A program made the position numbers and the translations under genes. The notes under the pieces were generated by a model, which worked only from the letters and a program-made list of their open reading frames with translations, had not been told where the DNA came from and made no database searches. 64,000 bases of DNA from an uncultured Alphaproteobacteria bacterium (GTDB lineage: Bacteria > Pseudomonadota > Alphaproteobacteria > HIMB59 > GCA-002718135): positions 984 through 64,983 of the forward strand of contig CACNUO010000005.1 in assembly GCA_902623585.1 (NCBI GenBank), written 5' to 3'. Below, one piece after another: positions 1-10,220 of the stretch; position 1 is the first letter of the stretch; the number at the start of each line of letters is the position of its first letter.

Positions 1-871
1 CAAAAGAAGAACTAGATTAGAAAGATTAAAAATTGCCTTATCAAAAGCTCCAATCTCAGCTTGGTTTGGTATGATTGTACTATTCATATATTTTTTTGCT
101 GCAATATTTGCTCCCTTAATTGCTCCACATGGAGAGGCAGAAATATTCCCAGTAGCTTATGCTCCTTGGGGTGATGGCCATATATTTGGTACTGATCAAA
201 TTGGAAGAGATATTTTTTCTCGCATTATCTATGCTGCAAGAAATACAATTGGTATTTGTTTATTGGCTACTTTTATTGCTTTAGGAATTGGAACAGTATT
301 TGGAATTATAGCTGCTTTGGATAGAAGATATTTAGATCAACTATTAAGTAGAATAGTAGACACTCTTATGGCTATACCTGTAATGATTTTTACTTTTATA
401 CTTTTATCAGTTTTTGGACCTACTAATTTTAATTTAATTGTCATTTTAGGAATTTTGGAATCAACTAGATTTTTTAGAATATCAAGATCAGTTGCTGTTG
501 GTCAAGTTGTTCTAGAATATGTTGAGGTCGCGAGGCTAAGAGGTGAAAATTTATCATATATTATTTTCAGAGAAATACTTCCTAATATAGCTTCACCTTT
601 GATTATTGAGTTTGGTTTAAGGTTCATATTTATAATTTTTACAATATCTAGTTTAAGTTTTTTAGGAATTGGAATTCAACCCCCTTCAGCAGATTGGGCA
701 TCAATGGTGAGGGAAAATGCAATACTTATTCAATATGCACAATATGATATAACAGCAGGTTTAACACCATTAATTCCAGCTGCTGCAATTGCTTTGCTTT
801 GTGTATCAATTAATTTTGTTGTTGATTGGTATCTTTACATTACTAGCGGATTAAAAGATGACGTCAAATAA
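1..871 (+). CDS. Peptide/nickel-family ABC transporter permease (DppC/OppC-like), 5'-truncated by window edge
   Basis: GTDQIGRDIFSRIIY and EAA-like loop (YVEVARLRGE...ILPN); the frame is open from position 2 (KRRTRLERLK...) so the true start lies upstream of the window. Confidence 0.9.
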   Translation, partial: KRRTRLERLKIALSKAPISAWFGMIVLFIYFFAAIFAPLIAPHGEAEIFPVAYAPWGDGHIFGTDQIGRDIFSRIIYAARNTIGICLLATFIALGIGTVFGIIAALDRRYLDQLLSRIVDTLMAIPVMIFTFILLSVFGPTNFNLIVILGILESTRFFRISRSVAVGQVVLEYVEVARLRGENLSYIIFREILPNIASPLIIEFGLRFIFIIFTISSLSFLGIGIQPPSADWASMVRENAILIQYAQYDITAGLTPLIPAAAIALLCVSINFVVDWYLYITSGLKDDVK

Positions 872-2471
872 ATCAAAAGAACTCCTACTTGAAATGAAAA
901 ATATCCATATTGATGGATTTTCAGATGAGAGATGGCATAAAATTTTAAAAGGTGTAGATTTGACTTTACACAGAGGAGAAATACTAGGATTAATAGGAGA
1001 GAGTGGTGCCGGAAAATCTACTATGGGTAAAGCTGCAATGGGCTATACCCAACCAGGTTGTAAGATTATAAAGGGAGAAATTAATTTTAACGGCATAGAC
1101 CTCGCTAAACTAACTGAATTTGAAAAGAGAAAAATTTGGGGAACTAAAATATCTTATGTTGCTCAATCAGCAGCAGCATCTTTTAATCCTGCTCATAGAT
1201 TAATGGATCAAACAATAAGTGCCGCTAATAGATTAAAGATAAATCCCACGGATGTATTAAAAAAAGATGCTGTGCAACTTTATGAATCACTACAACTTCC
1301 AGATGCGGAAAATATAGGAGATAGATACCCGCACCAAGTATCAGGAGGTCAACTTCAAAGAATAATGACTGCTATGGCTATGTCACCAAGACCAGAGTTA
1401 ATAATATTTGATGAACCAACTACTGCCTTAGATGTAACTACTCAAGTAGAAGTATTATCTGCTATGAGATCTATAGTAGACAAATTTAATACAGCAGCAA
1501 TTTATATTACTCATGATTTAGCCGTAGTTGCTCAAATGGCTGATAGAATAAAAGTTTTGCGATACGGTGAAGAAGTTGAAGAAGCTGAAACAAGAGATAT
1601 GCTATCAAACCCAAAAGAAGAATACACTAAATCTCTATGGTCAGTAAGATCACTGATCAAGCCTGAAGAAACAAATGAAGATTATATGTTGTCCATTAAA
1701 AATATTGATGCAGCATATGGCTCATCTAAGGTCTTACACAATGTTTCTATAGATATTCCTAAAGGTAAAACAGTAGCTATAGTTGGCGAAAGTGGATCAG
1801 GAAAATCAACAACAGCAAGAGTAATTACAGGCTTACTTCCTCAATTAAAAGGAGAAATAATTTTTGATGGAAAAAAATTGTCTCCAAAACTTGAACAAAG
1901 GTCAAAAGAAGAATTAAGAAGAATTCAAATAATTTTTCAAATGCCTGATACTGCAATGAACCCCCGTCAAACTGTTGATGAAATAATAGGAAGGCCAATA
2001 GAATTTTATCAAGGTATAAAAGGGAAAGAAAGAGAAGCAAAAGTTATTGAATTATTAAAAATGATTGAACTAGATGAAACTTTTTTAGATAGATTACCAT
2101 CCGAATTATCTGGAGGTCAAAAACAGAGAATATGCATTGCAAGAGCTTTAGCGGCTAACCCAGATTTAATTATTTGTGATGAAGTAACATCAGCGCTAGA
2201 TCAAATTGTTCAAGAAGGAATATTAAAATTACTCCAAAAATTACAAAAAGATCTTGGTGTTACTTATATTTTTATAACACATGATATAGCAACGGTTAAA
2301 GCAATCTCAGATGAAATAGTTGTTATGTATCAAGGTGAGGTAGTGGAACAGGGTTTGAAAAGTAAAATTTTGAATCCGCCATATCCAGATTATACAGAAC
2401 TTTTATTGTCTTCAGTCCCAGAAATGGATCCTGATTGGCTAACCAATCTTCTGAATAAAAGATCTTCGTAG
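858..2471 (+). CDS. Peptide-family ABC transporter ATPase, two fused NBDs (DppD/F-like)
   Basis: Two Walker A (GESGAGKS, GESGSGKS), two SGGQ signatures, DEPTTALD/DEVTSALD. Confidence 0.95.
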   Translation: MTSNKSKELLLEMKNIHIDGFSDERWHKILKGVDLTLHRGEILGLIGESGAGKSTMGKAAMGYTQPGCKIIKGEINFNGIDLAKLTEFEKRKIWGTKISYVAQSAAASFNPAHRLMDQTISAANRLKINPTDVLKKDAVQLYESLQLPDAENIGDRYPHQVSGGQLQRIMTAMAMSPRPELIIFDEPTTALDVTTQVEVLSAMRSIVDKFNTAAIYITHDLAVVAQMADRIKVLRYGEEVEEAETRDMLSNPKEEYTKSLWSVRSLIKPEETNEDYMLSIKNIDAAYGSSKVLHNVSIDIPKGKTVAIVGESGSGKSTTARVITGLLPQLKGEIIFDGKKLSPKLEQRSKEELRRIQIIFQMPDTAMNPRQTVDEIIGRPIEFYQGIKGKEREAKVIELLKMIELDETFLDRLPSELSGGQKQRICIARALAANPDLIICDEVTSALDQIVQEGILKLLQKLQKDLGVTYIFITHDIATVKAISDEIVVMYQGEVVEQGLKSKILNPPYPDYTELLLSSVPEMDPDWLTNLLNKRSS

Positions 2472-2489
2472 TAATCTATATTTTAAATA

Positions 2490-2756
2490 ATGAATATATT
2501 TAAATTTTTACTTAATATTTTTTTTAGCAAAGAAAATAGAATAGATAATCTAGAAGCAAAAAATATAATGATAATTGAGAACAGTTTTAATAAAGATAAT
2601 TTAACATTAGGTTCTATTTACAAAGTAAACCAAAATATAAAACTAAAAAATTTTAAAAATAAAATTCTTGAAGACAACTTAACAATAGTAGTTACTGACA
2701 ATAAAGGTAAAACTATTGGATATATTTCTAAAAAAGAGATAGATAATATTCAATAA
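2490..2756 (+). CDS. Small protein resembling a lone CBS-type domain
   Basis: 88 aa ORF in operon; C-terminal IVVTDNKGKTIGYIS resembles the CBS beta-hairpin (VVD..G..VG.IT). Confidence 0.5.
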   Translation: MNIFKFLLNIFFSKENRIDNLEAKNIMIIENSFNKDNLTLGSIYKVNQNIKLKNFKNKILEDNLTIVVTDNKGKTIGYISKKEIDNIQ

Positions 2757-3539
2757 ATGAAAATTAACCTTAGTAAAAAAAATTATATTATTTCTGCTGG
2801 TGCAGATGGCTTAGGTTTTGCTATAGCAAATAAAATAATCAGTTCTGGTGGAAAAGTATATTTATCTGATATAAATAAATCAAAAATTGATAAAATAAAT
2901 TTAAACAAAAAATATCGTAATAAAATATTTGCTAAACACTTAGACTGCACAAATCCAAAAGATATTAAAGAATATTTTAAGTCTCTATCTAACTTAAAAA
3001 AAATAGATGGATTAATAAATAATATAGGCATTGCAGGACCTACAAAGTATCTTCAAAATATTTCAATAGATGAATGGGATAACACGATTAAAACTAATTT
3101 AAGTTCACATTTTTATTTCACAAAATTTGCTATTCCATTTTTAAAAAATGCTAAAAAAGGATCTATTATTAATTTATCTTCAACTGCAGGATTATATGGT
3201 TTTGCTCAACGTTCACCATATGCATCAAGTAAATGGGCAGTAATTGGATTAACTAAAACATTAGCAGTTGAATTAGGAAAATTTAAAATACGTGTGAATG
3301 CAATTTGTCCTGGTTCTGTAAATGGCGATAGAATGGATAGGGTAATAAATGCAAAAGCTAAATTAATAAATTCTTCAAATAAAAAAGTAAGAAAAGAATT
3401 AGAGTCAATGGTTTCATTAAACACATTTGTAGAAAAAGAAGATATTGCATCAATGGCATTATTTTTATTGAGCGATGCTTCAGAAAATATATCTGGTCAA
3501 ATCATGACTGTTGATGGAAACACTGAAAGAATGAATTAG
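2757..3539 (+). CDS. Short-chain dehydrogenase/reductase (SDR)
   Basis: AGADGLG Rossmann variant, NNIG, catalytic YASSK, VNAICPG. Confidence 0.9.
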   Translation: MKINLSKKNYIISAGADGLGFAIANKIISSGGKVYLSDINKSKIDKINLNKKYRNKIFAKHLDCTNPKDIKEYFKSLSNLKKIDGLINNIGIAGPTKYLQNISIDEWDNTIKTNLSSHFYFTKFAIPFLKNAKKGSIINLSSTAGLYGFAQRSPYASSKWAVIGLTKTLAVELGKFKIRVNAICPGSVNGDRMDRVINAKAKLINSSNKKVRKELESMVSLNTFVEKEDIASMALFLLSDASENISGQIMTVDGNTERMN

Positions 3540-5140
3540 TGGATAAAAACGCTGACTACATCATTGTTGGAGCAGGGTCAGCAGGTTGTGTTTTAGCTAA
3601 CAGATTGTCTTCACAATCAAAGAATTCTGTAATTTTATTAGAAGCTGGCCCATCCAGTAAAACCTGGAAAGTTGATATGCCAAGTGCACTTCTATATGCA
3701 ATGCATGATCCAAAATATAATTGGAAATATTATACTGAGCCTGAGCCGTTTCTAAATAATAGATCTTTATATTGTCCAAGAGGTAAAATGATCGGGGGAT
3801 GCTCTTCGCATAACGGAATGGTTTTCGCTAGAGGTCATAAAGAGGATTTTGATAGATGGTCTTCAAGAGGTTTAACTAATTGGTCATATGAAAAAGTTTT
3901 ACCTTTTTTTAAAAAATTAGAAACTTGGTCTCATGATAGTAATGTAAGAGGTAAAGAGGGGCCATTAAAAGTAAATAAATCAAACATAGATAAAAAATAT
4001 CCTCTATTTAAAAAAGTTTTAGAAGCTGCACAAGAAGCTGGATATAAAATATTTAATGACTCTAACAGTATTAATAAGGAAGGTTTTGGAACTTTTGATG
4101 TAACAATAAACAATGGTGTTAGGCAAAGTGTTGCTAAGGCATATTTAGAGCCAATCCAAAATAGAAAAAATCTAAGAATAATAAATAATATTGATGTTAA
4201 AAAAATTCTTTTTAAAAATAAAACTGCAATTGGTGTTGAAACGATTAAAAAAAATATAACCAATAATTATTTAGCCAATAAAGAAGTTATACTTTGTGCT
4301 GGTTCAATTAATTCACCTAAAATTCTTCAATTATCCGGAATAGGTAATGAAACGTATCTTAAAAGCTTGGGAATAGAAGTTATTAATAATTTAGTTGGGG
4401 TGGGAGAAAATTTACAAGATCATTTAGAGATGTACATTCAGTATAAATCTAAAAAAAATGAAACATTACATACTCTAGCAACGAATTATCTTTATCAAGC
4501 TATTGAGGGATCAAAATGGTTTTTATTTAAAAAAGGTAGATTAGCAAACTCACATTTAGAATTAGGAGGGTTTGTTAAATCTGACAAATCATATAGTCAT
4601 CCAAACTTACAATTTCATTTTTTTCCGTACTTAGTTATTAATCATGGTTTAGAAAATCCTAAGTTTGAAGCTTTTCAATTTCATGTATGTCCAAATAGAC
4701 CAAAAAGCAGAGGTTTTATAAAAATTAAAACAAATAACTATAAAGATGATCCTAAAATTCAATTCAATTACCTTAAGCATGAGGATGATTTAAAACAAAT
4801 GAGAGAAGGTGTAAGAATTGCTAGAAAAATTTTGTCTCAAAAACCACTTAAAGAGTATCTCGGTAAAGAAATTAGGCCTGGGAAAAATGTATCTAATCAA
4901 AATGAATTAGATGAAGTTATTAAAAATACATCTGAATCTGCGTATCATCCGTCATGCACTAATAAAATGGGTGAAGACAAAACTTCAGTTGTAGACCAAG
5001 ACCTAAGGGTTCATGGAATTCAAAATTTAAGAGTTATTGATGCTTCTGTAATGCCAGATATTGTTAGTGCTAATTTAAATGCAACAACTATTATGATTGC
5101 TGAAAAAGCTTACGACCAAATAAATAGTACCGTTAGTTAG
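3539..5140 (+). CDS. betA: GMC oxidoreductase, choline dehydrogenase-like (GTG start)
   Basis: DYIIVGAGSAGCVLANRLS, GKMIGGCSSHNGM, GVGENLQDHLE, SAYHPSCT, LRVIDASVMP. Confidence 0.8.
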   Translation: MDKNADYIIVGAGSAGCVLANRLSSQSKNSVILLEAGPSSKTWKVDMPSALLYAMHDPKYNWKYYTEPEPFLNNRSLYCPRGKMIGGCSSHNGMVFARGHKEDFDRWSSRGLTNWSYEKVLPFFKKLETWSHDSNVRGKEGPLKVNKSNIDKKYPLFKKVLEAAQEAGYKIFNDSNSINKEGFGTFDVTINNGVRQSVAKAYLEPIQNRKNLRIINNIDVKKILFKNKTAIGVETIKKNITNNYLANKEVILCAGSINSPKILQLSGIGNETYLKSLGIEVINNLVGVGENLQDHLEMYIQYKSKKNETLHTLATNYLYQAIEGSKWFLFKKGRLANSHLELGGFVKSDKSYSHPNLQFHFFPYLVINHGLENPKFEAFQFHVCPNRPKSRGFIKIKTNNYKDDPKIQFNYLKHEDDLKQMREGVRIARKILSQKPLKEYLGKEIRPGKNVSNQNELDEVIKNTSESAYHPSCTNKMGEDKTSVVDQDLRVHGIQNLRVIDASVMPDIVSANLNATTIMIAEKAYDQINSTVS

Positions 5141-5159
5141 AGAGAAAAATCTAATTTAA

Positions 5160-5339
5160 TTAGATCGTTTTTCTTCTAAGAGTCCAACCGTATCTTTCGC
5201 TGTAGTATGCTTCGATACCATCAGCAAGATTAAGGTCATAATTTGAGTCTATAGATCCTTCAAGAACCTTCTTCTCAATAGAACTCTGCTCTAGGCTGTC
5301 TTTTTGGTTATTAATATTTTCTGTTAATTTACTGTTCAT
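5160..5339 (-). CDS. Unannotated 59-aa hypothetical protein divergent from the ScfR regulator
   Basis: Manual translation MNSKLTENINNQKDSLEQSSIEKKVLEGSIDSNYDLNLADGIEAYYSERYGWTLRRKTI*; fills most of a 307-bp gap; absent from the ORF track, whose shortest ORFs are 60 aa. Confidence 0.65.
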   Translation of the reverse strand: MNSKLTENINNQKDSLEQSSIEKKVLEGSIDSNYDLNLADGIEAYYSERYGWTLRRKTI

Positions 5340-5340
5340 A

Positions 5341-5448
5341 TTTACAGTTTTTACAAATACATAAAAAAATAAAAAAAAACTAGAGTTTTTCTTAGTTTTA
5401 ATGTAAAGAAAATTACTTCGAATTTATTATTTTTGTAAATTTTGTAAA
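5341..5448. promoter_or_regulatory. Mirror-image TGTAAA-N3-TGTAAA operators in divergent promoter region
   Basis: TTTACA-GTT-TTTACA at 5341-5355 and TGTAAA-TTT-TGTAAA at 5434-5448, each abutting a start codon; single TGTAAA at 5402-5407. Confidence 0.6.
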
Positions 5449-6887
5449 TGAATATTGAATCTGACATAAATTTTGGCCCAAGGTTAAAAAAACAAAGGAT
5501 AAGCAAAGGTTTTTCACAAGCTGAATTATCAAAAACTATTGGTATATCTCCTAGTTATTTAAATTTAATTGAAAGTGGAAAAAGAAAAATACCACTTTCC
5601 TTACTAATTAAAGCAGCTGATAAATTAGATTTATCAATTAAAGACTTCTCAACAGAATCTAGTAAACGACTACTTTCAGACGTAATGGATGTTTTAAGCA
5701 ATGAGATTTTTGATGATTTAAAGATAACCAATCATGACACAAGTGACTTTATTGGTTCAAATCCTAACATAGCTAAAGCATTACTGACAATAAATGATTC
5801 TTTTAAAAGTTTTAAAGAAGATATGCAAAATCGACTTGAAACGATGGATGTCAATGCAAATCAAATTGAAAAACCAACAAGATTACCTGTAGAAATCGTT
5901 TCAGATATTCTTCAAGAAAATAAAAATTACTTTCATGATTTAGAAGTAAGTTCTGAAAATCTAAGAAAAGAAATGGGTCTTGAAACTGGACCTAACATTG
6001 GTTCTGGATCTAAATTATCACTTTATCTTAAAGAAAAACATGGAATTGAAGTTAAAATAGTAACCATAAACGAAGATGAAAAAATAGTTAAAAGATTTGA
6101 TGAAAAATCCAAGATTTTTTATCTTTCTGAAATGTTAACTTACACATCAAGAAACTTTCATTTAGCATCACAAGTTGCTTATTTAGAAGCTAATGATGTT
6201 ATCAATAAAGTTATTAAAGATAATAACGTCGAATCAGAAGAAGTAGAACCTTTGCTTAAACTATCTTTACTAAATTATTATGCTGCTGCTTTTATGATGC
6301 CTTATAACGATTTTTTAAAGAGTGCTAAATTACATAAATATGATGTAGAAATTTTGATGCATCATTATGCTTGTAGTTTTGAACAAGTTACACATAGATT
6401 AACAAATCTTCAAAGACCTGGAAACGAAGGAGTGCCATTTCATTTTTTAAAAACAGATATTGCTGGAAATGTGTCAAAGCGATTTTCTTTATCTGGTATT
6501 CATATACCAAGACATGGAGGTTCTTGTCCTAGATGGAATGTTTATACTGCTTTTTTAAATCCTGGAAAAATTCATCCTCAAATATCTAAAATGCCAGATG
6601 GACGAGTATATTTTTGTATCGCAAGAGCTTTTGAGAAAGGAATTGAAAAACATGGAATGCCTAAAAGCTTTGTTTCGATTGGTTTAGGTTGTGATATGAA
6701 ATACGCTAAAGATCTAATTTATTCTGAAGGAATTGATCTAAATAATAAAAAATTACAAATGCCAATTGGAGTTTCTTGTAGGATATGTCCTAGAGTGGAA
6801 TGTCAGCAAAGAGCTTTTCCTCCAATTGATAAAGAACTTAAATTAGATATTAAATATCGAGGGACATCACCATACGTTACAATTTAG
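5448..6887 (+). CDS. Short-chain fatty acyl-CoA regulator (ScfR/RamB/PrpR family, XRE HTH)
   Basis: N-terminal XRE HTH (SQAELSKTIGISPSYLNLIESGKR), SFEQVTHRLTNLQRPG, GGSCPRWNV, C-terminal IGVSCRICPRVECQQRAFP. Confidence 0.92.
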   Translation: MNIESDINFGPRLKKQRISKGFSQAELSKTIGISPSYLNLIESGKRKIPLSLLIKAADKLDLSIKDFSTESSKRLLSDVMDVLSNEIFDDLKITNHDTSDFIGSNPNIAKALLTINDSFKSFKEDMQNRLETMDVNANQIEKPTRLPVEIVSDILQENKNYFHDLEVSSENLRKEMGLETGPNIGSGSKLSLYLKEKHGIEVKIVTINEDEKIVKRFDEKSKIFYLSEMLTYTSRNFHLASQVAYLEANDVINKVIKDNNVESEEVEPLLKLSLLNYYAAAFMMPYNDFLKSAKLHKYDVEILMHHYACSFEQVTHRLTNLQRPGNEGVPFHFLKTDIAGNVSKRFSLSGIHIPRHGGSCPRWNVYTAFLNPGKIHPQISKMPDGRVYFCIARAFEKGIEKHGMPKSFVSIGLGCDMKYAKDLIYSEGIDLNNKKLQMPIGVSCRICPRVECQQRAFPPIDKELKLDIKYRGTSPYVTI

Positions 6888-7895
6888 TTAAATTTTAACT
6901 AACATTTTACCTAAATTTTTACCATTCAGCAGATCTATAAATGCTTTTGGAGCATTTTCTATATTTTCATAAATTGTTTCTTTAAACTTTATTTTACCTT
7001 CAGACAGCCAATTTCGCATATCAGTTTCAAAAGGCTCATTATCATTTTCATGATCAAAAATTAAAAAACCTTTTATAGTTAATCTTTTTACTAATACGTG
7101 AGCCATATTTTTTAGTCCAGCAGGTGCAGAAGTTGAATTCATTTGAGATATTCTTCCACAAATAATAATTCTTCCAAAATTTTTCATTCGAAAAATTGCA
7201 GACTCTAAAAAATCACCTCCAACATTATCAAAGTATAAGTCAAATCCTTCAGGACAAATTTCTTTTAAGTGAACAACAAGGTTATCAATTTTTTTATAAT
7301 TAAATGCTACATCAACATTTAATTCATTTTTTAACCAATCAACTTTTTCATCTGATCCAGTACTAGCATATACTTTGCATCCTAAATTTTTTGCAATTTG
7401 ACAAACTGTTGAACCAACACTTCCACCTGCTGAAGATACAAGAATACTTTGTCCTTTTTGTATATTCCCATGATTAAAAAGACCAATATATGCAGTTTGC
7501 CCTGTCATTCCTAAAGGCCCAAGATAAGTTTGCAATGGAAGATTGGAATTTTTTATTTTTTTTAAATCACCGCCTTTGCAAACGAAGTTATCTCTCATTC
7601 CAAAATTACTGAAAACAACATCTCCTTCTTTAAATTGTGAATCTTTTGATTTTTGGACTGACCCAATTGCATACCCTTCCATTTCCTCGCCTAGTAAAAA
7701 AGGTGGTTTATAATTTTTACGTTCTGTCATCCTTGCTCTCATATACGGATCAACAGATATCCATGAATTAAGAACATGAATATTATTTGTTTCATCTAAT
7801 TCTAAAGTTTTAGATTTAATTTCAAAATCTTCTTCTTTAGGTAACCCAGTTGGTATATAATTTTTTAAAGCTACATATTTTGAGATTATTGTCAT
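6888..7895 (-). CDS. NADP-dependent alkenal/enone reductase (CurA/PTGR1-like MDR)
   Basis: SVDPYMRARM, GMTGQTAY, DLYFDNVGG, GKNLGK. Confidence 0.88.
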   Translation of the reverse strand: MTIISKYVALKNYIPTGLPKEEDFEIKSKTLELDETNNIHVLNSWISVDPYMRARMTERKNYKPPFLLGEEMEGYAIGSVQKSKDSQFKEGDVVFSNFGMRDNFVCKGGDLKKIKNSNLPLQTYLGPLGMTGQTAYIGLFNHGNIQKGQSILVSSAGGSVGSTVCQIAKNLGCKVYASTGSDEKVDWLKNELNVDVAFNYKKIDNLVVHLKEICPEGFDLYFDNVGGDFLESAIFRMKNFGRIIICGRISQMNSTSAPAGLKNMAHVLVKRLTIKGFLIFDHENDNEPFETDMRNWLSEGKIKFKETIYENIENAPKAFIDLLNGKNLGKMLVKI

Positions 7896-7897
7896 AA

Positions 7898-8818
7898 TTA
7901 TAATTTATATTTTTTCTTTAATTCTAGCAAATCTATTAAAAAATTATCTCTTATATTGCTTAAATCTTTTATAGAATGATTCTTTGATTGTTTTTTTGTG
8001 CCTTTAATGATTTTTTCTTTAAGTTTTTTTGTTAGTTTTGGAGATTTGAGTTTAGTCCATGGAAGCTTCAAAGCTGGTCCAAACTGATCTAGCATATGTT
8101 TCATACCCATTTCTCCTCCCGCTAAGTGAAATGTCAAAAAAGTTCCCATTAGAGCCCATCTCATACCAGGACCATAAGTTATTGATTCATCTAAATCTTT
8201 TGTTGAAGCATATCCATCATTTATAATATGTAAACCCTCTCTCCACAAAGCTTCTTGCAATCTATCAGATAAAAAGCCCGGTAATTCTTTTTCTAACAAT
8301 AATGTTTTCATTTTAATTTTTTGATAAAATTTTTTTGCTTTATTAAAATATAAATTTGTAGTTTTTTTACCTTTTACAATTTCAACCAAAGGGAGAATAT
8401 ATACAGGGTTAAATGGATGAGCTATGATTAACCTTTTTGGATTAATACATTTTGATTGTAAATCTGATGGAAGTAAACCAGATGAACTTGAAGCAATTAT
8501 TGAATTTGAGGGTGAATATTTACTTATATTTTTTATAACATCTTTTTTTAAAGTTAATCGTTCGGGTACATTTTCCTGAATTAAATCTGCATTTTTTACT
8601 GCTTCTTCAATACTGTCTACGATTTCCAAATTTTTGAAATTGATTTTTGTATTATATAATTTCTTTATAATTAAGTTTGTTCTTGTTATTTCTTCTTTTA
8701 GAAAATGTAATTGCTGAGAATTTTTATCAAATGCTTTGACTCTTATACCATTAGCTAGAAATCTAAGTATCCAGCCGGCACCAATTACACCAGTTCCAAT
8801 GACAGCAATATTTTTCAA
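7898..8818 (-). CDS. cdhA: L-carnitine dehydrogenase (3-hydroxyacyl-CoA dehydrogenase family)
   Basis: IGTGVIGAGW, QENVPE, SSSSGLLPS, HPFNPVY.LPLVE, DRLQEALWRE, GPGMRWA, QFGPALKLPWTKL; adjacent BKACE and thioesterase. Confidence 0.85.
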   Translation of the reverse strand: MKNIAVIGTGVIGAGWILRFLANGIRVKAFDKNSQQLHFLKEEITRTNLIIKKLYNTKINFKNLEIVDSIEEAVKNADLIQENVPERLTLKKDVIKNISKYSPSNSIIASSSSGLLPSDLQSKCINPKRLIIAHPFNPVYILPLVEIVKGKKTTNLYFNKAKKFYQKIKMKTLLLEKELPGFLSDRLQEALWREGLHIINDGYASTKDLDESITYGPGMRWALMGTFLTFHLAGGEMGMKHMLDQFGPALKLPWTKLKSPKLTKKLKEKIIKGTKKQSKNHSIKDLSNIRDNFLIDLLELKKKYKL

Positions 8819-8819
8819 A

Positions 8820-9710
8820 TTAAAAATGTTTTTTTAGTTTTAATTTCTCTCTAGTTTGTTGAGGGGATAAAATAGAAGCCCCCATATCTTCAACAATACA
8901 TCTTGCCTTTTCAACCAACTGTGCATTTGATGCAAAAACTCCTTTTTTTAAATAAAGATTGTCTTCAAGTCCCACACGAACATTTCCTCCCAAAATAACT
9001 GCCTGTGCAGCCATAGGCATTTGTGATCTTCCTATTCCAAACCCAGACCAAACACCTTCAGAAGGTATCATTTCAGCCATAGCTTTCATTGCGCTGGTTG
9101 TTGCAGGTGATCCCCAAGGTATGCCAAGGCATATTTGATAAAAAGGAGGACCATCAATTAAACCTTCTTTATAAAGTTGGTTAGCAAACCATAAATGACC
9201 CATTTCAAAAGCTTCCATTTCTGGTTTCACTCCAAGCTCCTGCATTTTTTTTGCTGCAGTTCTTAGTTGTATCGGTGTATGAATAAAAGTCATGTTTGAG
9301 TCACCAAAATTTAGTGAACCGCAGTCTAAAGTACAAATTTCAGGCAATAACTCTTCAACATGTTCTAATCTGCTTAATGCATCGATCATATCTGTATTTG
9401 CTCCCACTGGATTTAAAGGATCTTTACCTGTTCCCACTTCAAAATCACCACCCATACCTGTAGTAAAATTTAAAACTACATCAGTTTCAGAGGAGCGAAT
9501 TCTATCTGCCACTTCTTTATAATAACTTAAATTCCTAGAAGGTTTGCCATCAGGTTCTCTTACATGTACATGAGCTATTGCTGCGCCCGCTTTGGCAGCT
9601 TCAATTGAAGCATCAGCAATTTGTTTTGGTGTTATAGGTAATTCAGGATGTTTACCTGCTGTATCACCAGATCCTGTTACAGCACATGAAATTATTACTT
9701 CATTATTCAT
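8820..9710 (-). CDS. cdhC: Beta-keto acid cleavage enzyme (BKACE/DUF849), 3-dehydrocarnitine cleavage type
   Basis: [41 protein letters not shown]. Confidence 0.85.
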   Translation of the reverse strand: MNNEVIISCAVTGSGDTAGKHPELPITPKQIADASIEAAKAGAAIAHVHVREPDGKPSRNLSYYKEVADRIRSSETDVVLNFTTGMGGDFEVGTGKDPLNPVGANTDMIDALSRLEHVEELLPEICTLDCGSLNFGDSNMTFIHTPIQLRTAAKKMQELGVKPEMEAFEMGHLWFANQLYKEGLIDGPPFYQICLGIPWGSPATTSAMKAMAEMIPSEGVWSGFGIGRSQMPMAAQAVILGGNVRVGLEDNLYLKKGVFASNAQLVEKARCIVEDMGASILSPQQTREKLKLKKHF

Positions 9711-9752
9711 TATTTTAAACTACTATATTTTTTGAATTAATAAAGAAAAACA

Positions 9753-10220
9753 ATGAAGATATATTTAAATTCAGGAAGAGTTAAAAAAGAATGGACCGAT
9801 TACAATGGTCATATGAATTTGGCATTTTATATTCATCTTTTTGATGCTGGATGGGAAGTTCTTTTACAAAAATTTAATATGGGTGAAACTTCTGCAAAAA
9901 CAGAGAAGAAAACTACTTTTGCCGTAGAGTCACACACAACTTATGACAAAGAAGTGAAAGAGGGTGATGAAGTAGATATTAATTTGTTATTTCTTGATAG
10001 GGATAAAAAAAGATTAATTTATAAATTAGAAATGACACATAAGCTTGAAGGTTACAGAGCAGCAACAACAGAGGTTTGTTCTTTATATGTTGATTTAAAT
10101 ATTAGAAAAGTTTCTGAATTAGAATTAGAAAAGCAAAAAGATATAGATAAATTTATTCAAGAAAATAAAAATAACTTTGATCCAGGTAACCTTACTCTAA
10201 TCAACAAGTTAAAAAAATAA
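9753..10220 (+). CDS. Hot-dog thioesterase, probable betainyl-CoA thioesterase
   Basis: EWTDYNGHMN motif (4HBT-like); next to cdhA/cdhC. Confidence 0.75.
   Translation: MKIYLNSGRVKKEWTDYNGHMNLAFYIHLFDAGWEVLLQKFNMGETSAKTEKKTTFAVESHTTYDKEVKEGDEVDINLLFLDRDKKRLIYKLEMTHKLEGYRAATTEVCSLYVDLNIRKVSELELEKQKDIDKFIQENKNNFDPGNLTLINKLKK

Noticed and set aside
5363-5379. Poly-A tracts as phase-variation sites
   Set aside because: A/T runs of 7-9 nt are ubiquitous in this window; no frameshifted gene found
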